Of a stretch of 36,330 nucleotides of DNA, positions 35,797 to 36,330 are shown piece by piece. This DNA is from an uncultured Candidatus Saccharibacteria bacterium. Its GTDB lineage: Bacteria > Patescibacteriota > Minisyncoccia > Phycocordibacterales > PALSA-1337. The notes under the pieces were generated by a model. It saw only the letters and a program-made list of their open reading frames with translations, was not told the DNA's origin and did no database searches. Within the stretch, counting starts at the first letter, position 1. Each line of letters begins with the position of its first letter. Position numbers and translations under genes: made by a program. The DNA is taken from NCBI GenBank assembly GCA_964637485.1, contig CAZWUU010000002.1, positions 1-36,330 on the forward strand. The letters are read 5' to 3'.

Positions 35797-36315
35797 ATGA
35801 ATTGCTTTATCATTTCCTGCCTTACCGCAGACGGTTATATAGGCAAAAATTCATCGCATGCTGCCCACTGGACGAGCAAGGAAGACAAGAAGAGGTTCAT
35901 CGAGATCACAAAGAGGGCTGGAGTCATGGTCATGGGTCTCAACACATGGCTAACTTTTGGCGGTAAACCACTCAAGGATAGATTGCATATAGTTTACTCC
36001 CCCACCCCCCTCGATAATCTGCCTGACAAGGTCGAGTATACGAACAAAAGTCCGAAAGACTTACTGATTGAGCTAGAAGGGCGCGGGTTTAAAGAGGTGG
36101 CGATTTGTGGCGGATCACAGATATATACGATGTTCATGAAGTCGGGTCTGGTCAATAAGCTTTACTTGACTATCGAACCCATATTATTCGGAGACGGCGT
36201 GCGTCTGTTCAAGGAGGATTTAAATTATCGACTGAAATTGGACAAAGCAGAACATACTCCCGGAGGAACAGCCATGCTGGATTATTCGGTTGATAATTCT
36301 GCGCCCCTCGTATAG
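35797..36315 (+). CDS. folA: Dihydrofolate reductase-like protein (DHFR / RibD C-terminal family)
   Basis: Collinear with DHFR: VMVMGLNTWLTFGGKPLKDRLHIVYS (compare E. coli [24 protein letters not shown]) and ICGGSQIYTMF...KLYLT. The symbol is tentative. Confidence 0.6.
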   Translation: MNCFIISCLTADGYIGKNSSHAAHWTSKEDKKRFIEITKRAGVMVMGLNTWLTFGGKPLKDRLHIVYSPTPLDNLPDKVEYTNKSPKDLLIELEGRGFKEVAICGGSQIYTMFMKSGLVNKLYLTIEPILFGDGVRLFKEDLNYRLKLDKAEHTPGGTAMLDYSVDNSAPLV

Positions 36316-36330
36316 CATATCGGCAGATCT

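Overview
This is a gene-dense, AT-rich bacterial window with no mobile elements, CRISPR arrays or tRNAs. Its content fits a reduced Patescibacteria/CPR-like genome, but that assignment is inference only. The supporting features are a type IV pilin-like protein with a lectin head, large secreted or peptidoglycan-anchored surface proteins, compact housekeeping operons, and a 23S rRNA with no adjacent 16S.

Layout from left to right:
- 1-990: the 5' ~1 kb of a 23S rRNA on the minus strand, with what looks like its own promoter and antitermination-type leader.
- 1.3-12 kb: a cell-envelope block. It holds a pilin-LamG protein, a membrane protein, a wHTH protein, an isolated rplJ-rplL pair, a 927-aa secreted beta-helix plus LCAT-like lipase, and two large peptidoglycan-binding surface proteins.
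- 12-31 kb: housekeeping genes, namely ftsK, efp, recA, rpsR, ssb, rpsF, metG, an M16 peptidase, glyQS, recO, ileS and argS.
- 31-36 kb: a compact thymidylate-cycle island with glyA, dut, thyA, a HIT protein, dCMP deaminase, a cytidylyltransferase and a DHFR-like gene.

Most notable observations:
1. A complete histidine-phosphatase (PGAM-type) domain is inserted in frame inside the isoleucyl-tRNA synthetase.
2. Twelve genes that appear to open transcription units have a (TGn)TAnnnT -10 element 6-9 nt upstream of the ATG. Shine-Dalgarno sequences are essentially absent across the window. Together these suggest widespread leaderless or near-leaderless expression.
3. Two GC-rich, hairpin-dense noncoding islands (about 21.43-21.66 kb and 30.90-31.09 kb) are bounded by promoter-like and terminator elements. 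I cannot assign either to a known RNA family.
4. A consensus promoter with a leader of about 330 nt sits in front of a codon-biased surface-layer-like gene.

Every functional call comes from motif recognition by eye. No searches were run.
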